NCBI GenBank assembly: GCA_044360435.1
Contig: JBIKKI010000003.1
Coordinates: 1-48,775 of the forward strand
Direction of reading: 5' to 3'
Source of the DNA: Bacteroidia bacterium
Lineage (GTDB): Bacteria; Bacteroidota; Bacteroidia; NS11-12g; UBA955
DNA: 48,775 nt
The position numbers and the translations under genes are program-made. Below the pieces are notes generated by a model. It was not told the DNA's origin and did no database searches. It worked only from the letters and a program-made list of their open reading frames with translations. This document shows, one piece after another, positions 37,501 through 45,891 of the stretch. Within the stretch, counting starts at the first letter, position 1; each line of letters starts with the position of its first letter.

Positions 37501-38974
37501 TCAGGATTCACTTCGGTTTGAAGCCAAAAAAGGAATTTATGATTTGCGCAATGAACTGCTCCGTGTAGAAGGAATTCCGCACATCGACATCGCAGATTCC
37601 CGGATGGTGCTGAAGAATGGTAAAGTCACCGTGCGCAAAGACGCCGATATGGACCCTGTAGACAGTGCAAGAATCACGGCTAACAGGAAAGACAAGTTTC
37701 ATGAAATTTACCGCAGTGATGCTAAAATCTACGGCCGCAATAAGATGCGCGCCAAAGGATATTATGTGTACGTGAACAAGGTCAACTACAAGCAGGAACT
37801 GTTCCTTGACAGCATACTGGTGAACAGGGAAAAGCTCGTAGAGGCCTGGGGAAAGGTTGAAGAAGCCAAGAACTTCACCCTGGATACCAAAATTGCCTAT
37901 AAAGGGTTGATTAAAGTGCTGAGTAATGAGAAATATCCTTTGTTCACCGGATACTTCAAACCCCTGCATACCTTTAAGAATGTATTGCCTTCGGCTTGGA
38001 TTCGCTACAGCGATTATGTAGATCCCAAAAAGGTGATTCTGAAAGCAGACGACCCACGAGATAAAGACAATAAACGGCAATACGTTGGACTTTACATCGC
38101 CAACGATTCCAGCCACGTTTATCCACTTTTCTACAGCTGGAAGAAAAGGTACAGCGATCCTGAAATTACCGGCGATACCGGAATCCTCTACTATGATGAC
38201 TTGCAATCCAGCTTCTTCGCAGGCAACAAGGATAAGTTGTTGCAAGGTGGCCTGAAGGGGAATTTCATCCAGTTCAATGAAAAGACACATGCCATCCACG
38301 CTGAAGGGCGCATGGATTTCGGATTTGACAATTCCACCATCAAATGCATCAGCGCAGGTACCGCAGACCTGCCGGAAGGCGACAGCAGTTTCAATTTCCA
38401 ACTGGCGATGTTCCTGGATTTCCCACTGCCTAAATCCTTCAATGAACGACTTTATACGCTTTTGACTGAAGAAGGGGCCGGCAAAGGCAGCTTCAGCAAT
38501 AATGACCTGTTTGTAAAGAAAGCCGTAGGAGAATTGATTTCTGACGACAAAACCGCACGTACCGTGATGAAAAACATGGAACGCACCGGCATTTTGGAAG
38601 GTCGTGATGAAGCTGCATGGAAGTTTTGCTTTACCAAGGCCGATTTCCGCTGGAACAGCAAACAAAGGGGCATGGCCTGCACCGAAGAATTGTCACTGGC
38701 CAACTTTGACGGCAAAACAGTAAACCGCGACTTTGAAGCGAAAATGCTGGTTGAACACCGGCGCAGCGGTGAAAACATGTTCCTTTATATGGAAATCTCT
38801 GCAGGAAACTGGATATACATCAACACCCAGCGAAATGTGACTTATGTATGGACCAGCGATGAACTGCTTAACCAAAGCATCATCAACGAAGGACCGAAAG
38901 TGAGCACCGATACCTATACACTGCGCACAGCAGCGCCATCAATGGTAGATCGGTTTTTAAGGAAGATGGAGTGA
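34592..38974 (+). CDS. Large (~1460 aa) exported beta-rich hypothetical protein
   Basis: Long uninterrupted ORF. Signal peptide MFRVILF..KASA-Q. Rich in alternating aromatic/Gly strands. No T9SS CTD recognised. Start could be 34580. Confidence 0.85.
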   Translation: MFRVILFTLFGIALCSKASAQIKSFSPDPAIYIKEFEQFIRSAEDKALDADLEIFLSNWKGAKFDAVQQKNISKLCNSMIQRGLNIKPYFSLVLSSLNAFASRKLPAKNLQQWQQIADNLLGRNPAEYLSFLQLANNLFRDNTIFRDPAKRWYAKSMDFDILFTTQIEVRFKKTDLICRTLFDSLIISNTEGTYIPGKNLWKGNGGLTGWERTMPGEQMKVQLFRYETDVLTSGYLADSAWLSYPKFFSKQVLGRFEDRASYASNPDEVKTSSYPKFSTFRSDLEIRNLLGPRATYTGGLTINGAEITTVNAQGKESVITIYFKGKKKIIAKSASFKIADGTASSLESSFLLIADSAKGNIYHQKVQFNFNFKEGKLVVTKGVTGLMRAPFSDDFHKLDIDVQQLRWNIEEPFIDFDMVNKNQDAKIESAGFFKEFRYEKLQGALRYNPLEKMTDYYRTNLSKDRRIKFAVKDYATYLKNSVEHIEAQLIDLADGGYIVYNPFEDSITIRAKLFNYVQSHHKLRDYDVIRFSSLIAARPNGTLNLLTNELKLEGVQRFYFSDSQNVVALPTEQIITVLENRRLKFSGMIRAGRFDFFGKNFEFDYDKFQILYTNIDSMRLYFPDSSGKAIVPIKSVLRNIYGTLYIDKPNNKSGLKSFPEYPIFRSDKGSVITYEKSYIHGGAYKPDKFYFEVDPFTIDSLDNFTISGLAFDGTFRSDGIFPDFREKARIQKDYSLGFISHTPPGGFPMYRGKGKGDMAISLSEQGLYGSGTIEYSGSKTKSNSFLLLPDKMKAQVESYELPQSAKYPEVYAANAGAEWKPGEDKFTITNGEAPIRMFKMGYSFYGSITQSPAQLKGDGVLKWSEANFSSKDMTFGSNKTSAQEAALQIFSLDSTRVAFRTDHVRGTLDFDKGAGDFTNNIPGSPTLFPWNKYATNMSDYRWDIRNKAIEVKTGASMAGITPMFVSTHPNQDSLRFEAKKGIYDLRNELLRVEGIPHIDIADSRMVLKNGKVTVRKDADMDPVDSARITANRKDKFHEIYRSDAKIYGRNKMRAKGYYVYVNKVNYKQELFLDSILVNREKLVEAWGKVEEAKNFTLDTKIAYKGLIKVLSNEKYPLFTGYFKPLHTFKNVLPSAWIRYSDYVDPKKVILKADDPRDKDNKRQYVGLYIANDSSHVYPLFYSWKKRYSDPEITGDTGILYYDDLQSSFFAGNKDKLLQGGLKGNFIQFNEKTHAIHAEGRMDFGFDNSTIKCISAGTADLPEGDSSFNFQLAMFLDFPLPKSFNERLYTLLTEEGAGKGSFSNNDLFVKKAVGELISDDKTARTVMKNMERTGILEGRDEAAWKFCFTKADFRWNSKQRGMACTEELSLANFDGKTVNRDFEAKMLVEHRRSGENMFLYMEISAGNWIYINTQRNVTYVWTSDELLNQSIINEGPKVSTDTYTLRTAAPSMVDRFLRKME

Positions 38975-38986
38975 CGGATGATTAAA

Positions 38987-39088
38987 TAGTTGGTAGTTGG
39001 TATCCAAAAGTAATAATCCTCGCCAACTACCAACTACCAACTACCAACTACCAACTACCAACTACCAACTACCAACTACAACCAACTA
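38987..39088. repeat. Inverted heptamer tandem repeat: (TAGTTGG)x2 - spacer - (CCAACTA)x8 CAA CCAACTA
   Basis: TAGTTGG units at 38987-39000. Eight perfect CCAACTA units at 39023-39078 and a ninth at 39082-39088. Confidence 0.95.
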
Positions 39089-39907
39089 CTCCCCCCCGGC
39101 AAACAATTCCATCGCATCCTGGGAAATTCCTGTGAACGAAAATCCTCCGTCATGGAACAGATTCTGCATGGTAACCATGCGGGTGTAATCACTGAACAGC
39201 GACACGCAATATTCAGCACAGGCTTGAGCAGAGGCATTGCCTAATGGGCTCATTTTATCTGCGTAGTTATAGAAAGCGTCAAAGCCTCCTACCCCGCTGC
39301 CGGCTGTAGTTTTGGTTGGCGACTGCGAAATGGTGTTTACACGAACTTTCTTCGCCTTACCATAGTGATAACCATAGCTGCGGGCAAATGATTCAAGCAG
39401 AGCTTTGGCTTCCGCCATTTCATTATAATCCGGGAATACACGTTGAGCAGCGATGTATGTCAGTCCAACGATGCTGCCCCACTCATTCATGGCGTCATGC
39501 TTCATGAGCACTTGCATCAGTCTATGAAAGGAAATGGCACTGATGTCAAAGGTTTTGTGCATGAATTCATAGTTCAGGTCCGTATAAGCATTCTTCTTAC
39601 GAACATTCAGACTCATACCTACACTGTGCAACACGAAGTCAATTTTTCCACCTAATACTTCCATGCTCTCCTGAATCAAACGATTCATATCCTCTTCGCT
39701 GCTCACATCGGCGGGAATCACTTTTGCATTTCCGCAAGCTGCAGCCAATTCATTTATTGTACCCATACGCAATGCAATGGGCGCATTGGTTAGGGTAAAT
39801 ACTGCGCCTTCAGCATGGCAAGCCAGTGCTGTTTTCCACGCGATGGATTTTTCATCCAAAGCACCAAAGATGATGCCTCGTTTTCCTTTTAAAATTTGAT
39901 TGCTCAT
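39086..39907 (-). CDS. fabI: Enoyl-ACP reductase FabI
   Basis: LKGKRGIIFGALDEKSIAW, LHSVGMS, TYIAAQR..P.YN.M..AK, VNTISQSP, HDGGF. Start at 39907 follows TACGTTTG (39930-39923). Confidence 0.93.
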   Translation of the reverse strand: MSNQILKGKRGIIFGALDEKSIAWKTALACHAEGAVFTLTNAPIALRMGTINELAAACGNAKVIPADVSSEEDMNRLIQESMEVLGGKIDFVLHSVGMSLNVRKKNAYTDLNYEFMHKTFDISAISFHRLMQVLMKHDAMNEWGSIVGLTYIAAQRVFPDYNEMAEAKALLESFARSYGYHYGKAKKVRVNTISQSPTKTTAGSGVGGFDAFYNYADKMSPLGNASAQACAEYCVSLFSDYTRMVTMQNLFHDGGFSFTGISQDAMELFAGGE

Positions 39908-39972
39908 ATTTCTTTGACCTTGCAAACGTACAATCTTATGTTAAAACCAAAAACTATTTCGGCCGGCACTGT

Positions 39973-40608
39973 TCAGGGTGCCAATCGCTTACAGACCCAA
40001 TGCTCGCCATCACGCTCGTAATGCAAGCGGTCGTGAAGCCTGTTGCTGCGGCCTTGCCAAAACTCAATGCTTTCGGGTAATAAGTGAAATCCACCCCAGT
40101 ACGGAGGCCTGGGAACCGAACCTTCTGGATAGGCTTCCTCCAGCGCTTTCAGCTTTTGTTCCATCTCTGCCCTGTCGGCAATAACCTGACTTTGCATGCT
40201 TGCCCATGCACCCAACTGACTGCCATGAGGACGGCTGAAGAAATAGGCATCATTTTGTTCCGGCGTCAGCCTGCTGAGCATACCTTCTACGCGAACCTGC
40301 CTTTCCAGAGCTTCCCAATAAAACACCAATGCGGCATGTGGATTCTCATCGATTTGCCGTCCCTTCCTGCTCAGGTAATTTGTAAAAAAAATGAAGCCGC
40401 CTGTATCTAATCCTTTAAGTAAAACCATTCTTGCCGATGGACGCCCCTGTGCATCTGCTGTTGCCAAAGTCATGGCATTCGGTTCGACACAAGCCTGACG
40501 GGCTTCCTCAAACCAATACTCAAAGGCCCGCAATGGGTCTTCGGGTAAATGCTCGGGTTCCAAAACTCCTTTTTTGTAGTCAAGCCGCAGATGATCAATC
40601 TTCTCCAT
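39973..40608 (-). CDS. pdxH: Pyridoxamine 5'-phosphate oxidase
   Basis: LRLDY, EPNAMTLAT, RMVLLK, FFTNYLSRKG, EFWQGRSNRLHDR, RLAP. Confidence 0.96.
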   Translation of the reverse strand: MEKIDHLRLDYKKGVLEPEHLPEDPLRAFEYWFEEARQACVEPNAMTLATADAQGRPSARMVLLKGLDTGGFIFFTNYLSRKGRQIDENPHAALVFYWEALERQVRVEGMLSRLTPEQNDAYFFSRPHGSQLGAWASMQSQVIADRAEMEQKLKALEEAYPEGSVPRPPYWGGFHLLPESIEFWQGRSNRLHDRLHYERDGEHWVCKRLAP

Positions 40609-40669
40609 ATCGCATTTGGGGTCGTAAAGATAACTATGAGGTTAAAGCAAGCTGTATGTCCAGAAACCA

Positions 40670-40712
40670 ATCAACAAAAAAGGGGCGCTTTCAGCGCCCC
40701 TTTTTTGTTGAT
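40670..40712. terminator. Intrinsic terminator, perfect 20-bp inverted repeat (possibly bidirectional)
   Basis: ATCAACAAAAAAGGGGCGCT-TTC-AGCGCCCCTTTTTTGTTGAT, 14 nt downstream of the 40727 stop. Confidence 0.9.
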
Positions 40713-40726
40713 GATTTAAAGGAATA

Positions 40727-43700
40727 TTAACGACCTACTACTACGCGGGTGGTAGAAGATTTGCCGTCAACTGTTACTACAACCTGATACAAACCAGCGG
40801 GTAATTGATTCACGTTGAGTTTGTTTTGGGCTGCACCTAATTTTTCTGAAAGCACCAGCCTTCCGGTTGCATCCAACAGGCTCACAGTTGTATTGGCTGC
40901 AGCAGCAGGCAAATCAACATTCAGAACGCCGCTTGCAGGGTTCGGATATACGCGGATTCCTGCAGCAGCTACGTCAGACACACCCAAGTTAAGTACATTG
41001 AGGATGCGTGTTGACTGACACTCGCAGCCGGCAGAATTACGTGCAGTCAGTGTTACAGTGAACGGACCGTCGTAAGTGTACTGGTATTCAGTTGAAGCCT
41101 GGTTGCTGTTTCCACCGTCACCAAATGTCCAGCGATAGAAGCTGTAGTTGGTAACACCCGGAGTGAAGCTGAATGCGCGATGGCCATTCTTGTAGATGTC
41201 AGAGATGGTAAAGTCGCATTTGGGCAATTCGAAGATGGTTACAGTTTTCACCAGAGAATCAAGACATCCACCGAGTACCTGAGCCTTCAGGGTTACGTTG
41301 AACGTACGTGAAGTAGTGATGTTGTACACGGGTTTGGGAACACGCTCTGTAGAGGTATTACCGTTTCCGAAGTCCCATGCATACACGATATCACCCTGAG
41401 GAGCATCCGACAAGTTGGCGATGTTGATTTCTTTACCGGCACAGTTGTTCTCGATAGTGAAGTTCACATTTGGCAGAATACCTGGTTCAACCATAGCGCT
41501 GATGCTGTCCACACAACTGTTGAACGGAGTAACAATCAGGGTAACCTTTCTGGGTCCTGGGGTAGCCCAGGTGCGGCTGGCATCTTTGGTTGCGCTGGTT
41601 TGACCATCGCTGAAGCGCCAGAAATACTGAGGATTCAAACCTGCAGAATGCTGTGAAGTATTGCTGAAGGTAACTACTTTATTCAGACAAACCTGTCCGT
41701 TTACGAATGACGCCTTAGGTTTTTCTTTGATTACCAGCACTTTGGTCATGGTATCGGCACATCCAAACTCGCTGATGGCAATGAGGCGAACGTTGTAGTT
41801 TCCTTCGCTTGCATATGCGTGCACTGGATTGATTACGGTTCCGAGGTCGCCATCACCGAAATCCCACAGGCTGCCAACGTTTCCGGCACCGATGGTAGAT
41901 TTATTGATGAAGCTGCCATCTTCACGGGCACAGTTCTTGCCTGAAGGAAGATCAAAGGAAGCCTTAGGTCTGTGGAACAAGTAAGTGTTTTTGGTAATTG
42001 AAGAAGCACAACCGTTTACTGAAGCCGTAAGGGTAACTGCATAGCCACCCGGGCTGGAATATTTGTAGGAAGGATTGCGCAGGGTGCTGGTTCCCTTGCC
42101 GTCACCAAAATCCCAGGAATAAATTACGGTTCCAGTGCCTCCGTAGGTAGTGGTATTCTGGAAGTTGGTTGAAGAACCTTCACAGGAGTTGTTCTTTGTG
42201 AAGTTCACTTTTGGAATTTCAGTAACAACCACATTGATGGTGGTGTCAGTCACGTAGCCATAAGGAATAGTACTAACAATCAATTTCACTTTCCAAGTAC
42301 CGGATGATTTGAAGCGGTGCACGGGATTCTTCGCATCGCTGCTGTCTCCATCACCGAAGTACCATTTGTACTCCATTCCACCTGAAGAAACGGTAGAGGT
42401 ATTTTCGAAAGCTACGTCCTGACCATCACAAGTAGGTGATGTGAAGGTGAAATTAGGCTTTGCCTTTGGTGCAACGCGAATCCAGCGTTCTACTGTGCTG
42501 TCGCAATTGTAAGGACCCAAATCCTGGAAGGTAATACGAACATTTACCAAGCTGTCGATGATGCCACTGCTTGGATGGAACCACAGTTTAGCGTTGGCAG
42601 TTGTACCCGGATTGGAAATAGTGTAATTAGCTGCCGGAATGGTATAACCGTTGTTGGTTTTAGCCGTGAACGAAGTGATGCTCCAGGTTTTACCATGATC
42701 TGCGTTGGTGTAGCCTGTTGGAGGCATCAGCTCAAAAGAGATGGTATCCTTGTGTGCCACGATGTCCGGTGTGCCGCGGAAACCAGGAGTGCCCATGCGG
42801 GTTGACTTATAAGGCGTAGAAGCCACAGACTCAGCGCCGATGGGGCGAGGATTTACTGTGATATTCTGTGTAGCAGCGGTTGATGAAGCGCAACCTGGTT
42901 CAATGTGCAAACGCACTTCCGGACGGAAGCCACGGGTATAGGTGAAAGAGAACAAACCTGTAGCAGAGAGCGCACCGGGCAGAAGGTCAACATAGGTATT
43001 GCTGACAGCCATTGTTGTTTGTTCGCAATGCGTGCGGAGGGACTGCGTTGCGTCCAACACAACCATGTAGAAGCCATAGGTTTGACCACTCAACAGGAAC
43101 ATATCGTTGATGTCGATAAGTACGGTAGGCTGCTTTACACCGAAAGAGTTGAACGTATTGGTGATGGATGTTTTACCACAGCTTACCCAGCCGGCTGAAG
43201 ATGACTCATAACCGGTAGCGGTACCATTTCTATAGTAAACCTCAACCTGATACTGTGCCTGAGAAGCGTCACTGATTACCGCATCAAATCCGGTAAACAA
43301 CATATCAGCCTTAGTTCTGATGTCGAAGAAATAACCCTTCGCCTGTGGGCTCGTACCACCAGCATAAGACCAGGTTCCCAACAAACTTGTAGATAAAGTA
43401 TCAGAGATACCATTCAGGGTGATTGCATCAAACTTGTAATAATTGGGAAGCGTTCCGTTGGGGTACAGTTTGGTTTTACCGTACACCGAATCTCCTGCGG
43501 CAAGCACAAATGGGTTGTAGTATTTGTCGAACCAAAGGGTCCTTCCAGTTTGCTTTTGGGCTTTGTGCAATGGATAGCCTGAACCGCATTGCACCTGATC
43601 AATCACTTTAGCTGTGGCTGGCTGCTGGAACACCCTTGAAACAAGCGTAAAGGTATCGTTGGCAACGCCTGTATCGGTTTTGTTATTTGGCAGACTGGTG

Positions 43701-44449
43701 AATGCCTTCAGGGTATATGCCCCTGTACCTGTGAAGTTATAGGTAAAGTTCACGTTCACAGAAGAACCTGAATTAATGCGCTGACGCAACCATGTATTTG
43801 ATTGCACGGTACCATCAACGGAGAAACCTACACGAACACTATCCCATGCGGAACGACCACTGTTGGTAACAGTTGCTGTAATGGTCCGGCTTCCACCGCA
43901 AACACCGGGCATACTCAGGTTGGTTACCGCGGCATCCCAAGTGCGGTTGGGTCCATACACTTCAATTTCCCTAATAGAAGGATTCGACGCCTGAGAACCG
44001 GAAGTTACGTGGTTGGTAATTCTGATTATAGTTGTTGTTTGTGGACTTGGAAGAGTAATGTCAAACATCAACTGCGGCGAAACAGAAAAAGTCATGACGT
44101 TGGTAAACGAAGATCCGTTCCAAACCTGAACCGTTCCACCTGTAAGTGTTCTCGTGGTTGTATTATCCGTATAGAAACGGATACGCTGGATGGTTTGGGG
44201 AGATGACCAGGAATACTCATGCCAACTGCTTGTGCTGGGATTTCCTGCTGTTGATACCCAGCCAAAAACGCCGGCAGTAATCACCTTGTCGTTGTAGTTG
44301 GAAGGACCATAGCCGGTGGCGTTCACCCCCCCGCCTGAATGGTTAGGTGTGCCCGTGAGGGCCAGGTTTACCTGAGCCCGCAGACCGCCTGCCGACATGA
44401 GCAGCAGCGCCAATAACCATGTGGTTTTTTTACGTATTGCTTTATTCAT
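40727..44449 (-). CDS. T9SS type A cargo: discoidin/F5-8C-like + CARDB-like + multiple PKD domains
   Basis: Signal peptide. N-terminal NLAL..WHEYSW..IRFY..SIREIEVYG. DAAVTNL..TITATVTNSG. About six W.FGDG PKD repeats. CTD VYPNPASG..LPAGLYQV. Confidence 0.88.
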   Translation of the reverse strand: MNKAIRKKTTWLLALLLMSAGGLRAQVNLALTGTPNHSGGGVNATGYGPSNYNDKVITAGVFGWVSTAGNPSTSSWHEYSWSSPQTIQRIRFYTDNTTTRTLTGGTVQVWNGSSFTNVMTFSVSPQLMFDITLPSPQTTTIIRITNHVTSGSQASNPSIREIEVYGPNRTWDAAVTNLSMPGVCGGSRTITATVTNSGRSAWDSVRVGFSVDGTVQSNTWLRQRINSGSSVNVNFTYNFTGTGAYTLKAFTSLPNNKTDTGVANDTFTLVSRVFQQPATAKVIDQVQCGSGYPLHKAQKQTGRTLWFDKYYNPFVLAAGDSVYGKTKLYPNGTLPNYYKFDAITLNGISDTLSTSLLGTWSYAGGTSPQAKGYFFDIRTKADMLFTGFDAVISDASQAQYQVEVYYRNGTATGYESSSAGWVSCGKTSITNTFNSFGVKQPTVLIDINDMFLLSGQTYGFYMVVLDATQSLRTHCEQTTMAVSNTYVDLLPGALSATGLFSFTYTRGFRPEVRLHIEPGCASSTAATQNITVNPRPIGAESVASTPYKSTRMGTPGFRGTPDIVAHKDTISFELMPPTGYTNADHGKTWSITSFTAKTNNGYTIPAANYTISNPGTTANAKLWFHPSSGIIDSLVNVRITFQDLGPYNCDSTVERWIRVAPKAKPNFTFTSPTCDGQDVAFENTSTVSSGGMEYKWYFGDGDSSDAKNPVHRFKSSGTWKVKLIVSTIPYGYVTDTTINVVVTEIPKVNFTKNNSCEGSSTNFQNTTTYGGTGTVIYSWDFGDGKGTSTLRNPSYKYSSPGGYAVTLTASVNGCASSITKNTYLFHRPKASFDLPSGKNCAREDGSFINKSTIGAGNVGSLWDFGDGDLGTVINPVHAYASEGNYNVRLIAISEFGCADTMTKVLVIKEKPKASFVNGQVCLNKVVTFSNTSQHSAGLNPQYFWRFSDGQTSATKDASRTWATPGPRKVTLIVTPFNSCVDSISAMVEPGILPNVNFTIENNCAGKEINIANLSDAPQGDIVYAWDFGNGNTSTERVPKPVYNITTSRTFNVTLKAQVLGGCLDSLVKTVTIFELPKCDFTISDIYKNGHRAFSFTPGVTNYSFYRWTFGDGGNSNQASTEYQYTYDGPFTVTLTARNSAGCECQSTRILNVLNLGVSDVAAAGIRVYPNPASGVLNVDLPAAAANTTVSLLDATGRLVLSEKLGAAQNKLNVNQLPAGLYQVVVTVDGKSSTTRVVVGR

Positions 44450-44478
44450 AAGTCTGTGTTTTTCAATCGTTCAAACGC

Positions 44479-44486
44479 CAAATATA
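44479..44486 (-). promoter_or_regulatory. -7 promoter element TATATTTG
   Basis: Exact TAnnTTTG, 29 nt before the ATG at 44449. Confidence 0.6.
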
Positions 44487-44547
44487 CCCGATTTCCAAAA
44501 TCAGGGCAACAAAAATTCACAAACAAGTATCTGTGAACCAAAAATAA

Positions 44548-45867
44548 TTACCGACCAAAGCGAAACGGCATGCCTGAAGCTTTCATTTTGTTCATGGTTT
44601 TCATCATCTGCTTCATTTGTGCAAACTGTGTAAGAAGCTTATTCAATTCCTGAATATTCCGGCCGCTGCCGCGCACAATACGCTGTTTTCTGCTGTTGTT
44701 CAACAATTCCGGATTGCGCCTTTCCGCTGGAGTCATGCTCTGAATCAAAGCCTCAATTCCTTTGAAAGCAGAATCATCGATGTCCAGGTCCTTGATTTTA
44801 CTTCCAACGCCGGGCAACATTGCCATGATGTCTTTCAGGTTGCCCATCTTTTTGATTTGCTGGAGCTGCGTCAGGAAATCGTCAAAATCAAAACTGTTCT
44901 TGTTGATCTTCTTCTGAAGACGTTCTGCTTCATCCTTATCGAAGGCATCCTGGGCTTTTTCTACCAGCGATACAATGTCGCCCATGCCCAAAATCCTGCC
45001 GGCCATCCGCTCCGGGTAAAATGCGTCCAGGGCATCGAGTTTTTCGCCCTGACTGATGAATTTTATGGGCTTCTGAACAACACTTTTAATGGATAAAGCG
45101 GCTCCACCACGGGTATCACCATCCATCTTTGAAAGTACCACTCCGGTAAAATCAAGACGTTCATTGAATATTCTGGCGGTATTTACGGCATCCTGACCGG
45201 TCATGGCATCAACAACAAAGAGGATTTCAGAAGGCCCAAGCGCTTTTTTCAACTGTTCTACCTCCTGCATCATCGTTTCATCCACAGCCATACGCCCCGC
45301 AGTATCTACAATTAAAACGTTGTGGTTGTTGTTCTTGGCAAACTTTACCGCCTGTGAAGCAATGTCCACAGGGTTTTTATTCTCTGCCTGTATGAATACC
45401 GGAACTTCAGCCTGAACCCCGAGCAAACGAAGCTGTTCCATAGCGGCGGGCCTGTACACGTCGCAAGCCGCCAACATGGGGTTTTTCCCTTTTGACTTCA
45501 GGTATTTTGCCAGCTTTGCAGAAAAAGTAGTTTTACCAGAACCCTGCAAACCGGCTATCAGAATCACCGCCGGATTGCCCTGAAACCGTACCTCACTGCG
45601 CTCGCCACCGAACAGATCCACCAATTCATCGTGAACCACCTTTACCATCAACTGCCCTGGAGATACCGCCTGCAGCACCTTCTGCCCGATGGCCTTATCC
45701 TTTACTTTATCCGTAAACTCCTTGGCTACTTTATAATTGACGTCGGCATCTACCAACGCCCTTCTGATTTCCTTAACGGTTTCGGCAACATTAATCTCCG
45801 TAATTCTTCCCTGGCCCTTGAGTTTTTTAAAGGCGCCTTCCAATCTGGATGACAGATTCTCGAACAT
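44548..45867 (-). CDS. ffh: Signal recognition particle protein Ffh
   Basis: MFENLS, GLQGSGKTT, DTAGR, DGDTRGGAA, RILGMGD, Met-rich M domain. TATTTTTG at 45882-45875. Confidence 0.98.
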   Translation of the reverse strand: MFENLSSRLEGAFKKLKGQGRITEINVAETVKEIRRALVDADVNYKVAKEFTDKVKDKAIGQKVLQAVSPGQLMVKVVHDELVDLFGGERSEVRFQGNPAVILIAGLQGSGKTTFSAKLAKYLKSKGKNPMLAACDVYRPAAMEQLRLLGVQAEVPVFIQAENKNPVDIASQAVKFAKNNNHNVLIVDTAGRMAVDETMMQEVEQLKKALGPSEILFVVDAMTGQDAVNTARIFNERLDFTGVVLSKMDGDTRGGAALSIKSVVQKPIKFISQGEKLDALDAFYPERMAGRILGMGDIVSLVEKAQDAFDKDEAERLQKKINKNSFDFDDFLTQLQQIKKMGNLKDIMAMLPGVGSKIKDLDIDDSAFKGIEALIQSMTPAERRNPELLNNSRKQRIVRGSGRNIQELNKLLTQFAQMKQMMKTMNKMKASGMPFRFGR

Positions 45868-45891
45868 AACCTTGCAAAAATAGGGAATGAA

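Noticed and set aside
37508-38665. 385-aa antisense ORF (and 34616-35344) within the giant protein gene
   Set aside because: Shadow frames of a real gene with no recognisable motifs. The same applies to most other short ORFs in the track.
38987-39088. Possible CRISPR array
   Set aside because: Units are 7 bp and contiguous with no unique spacers. No cas genes are present in the window.
38997-39188. ORF with PTTNYQL repeats
   Set aside because: It is simply the translation of the CCAACTA array and overlaps fabI on the opposite strand.
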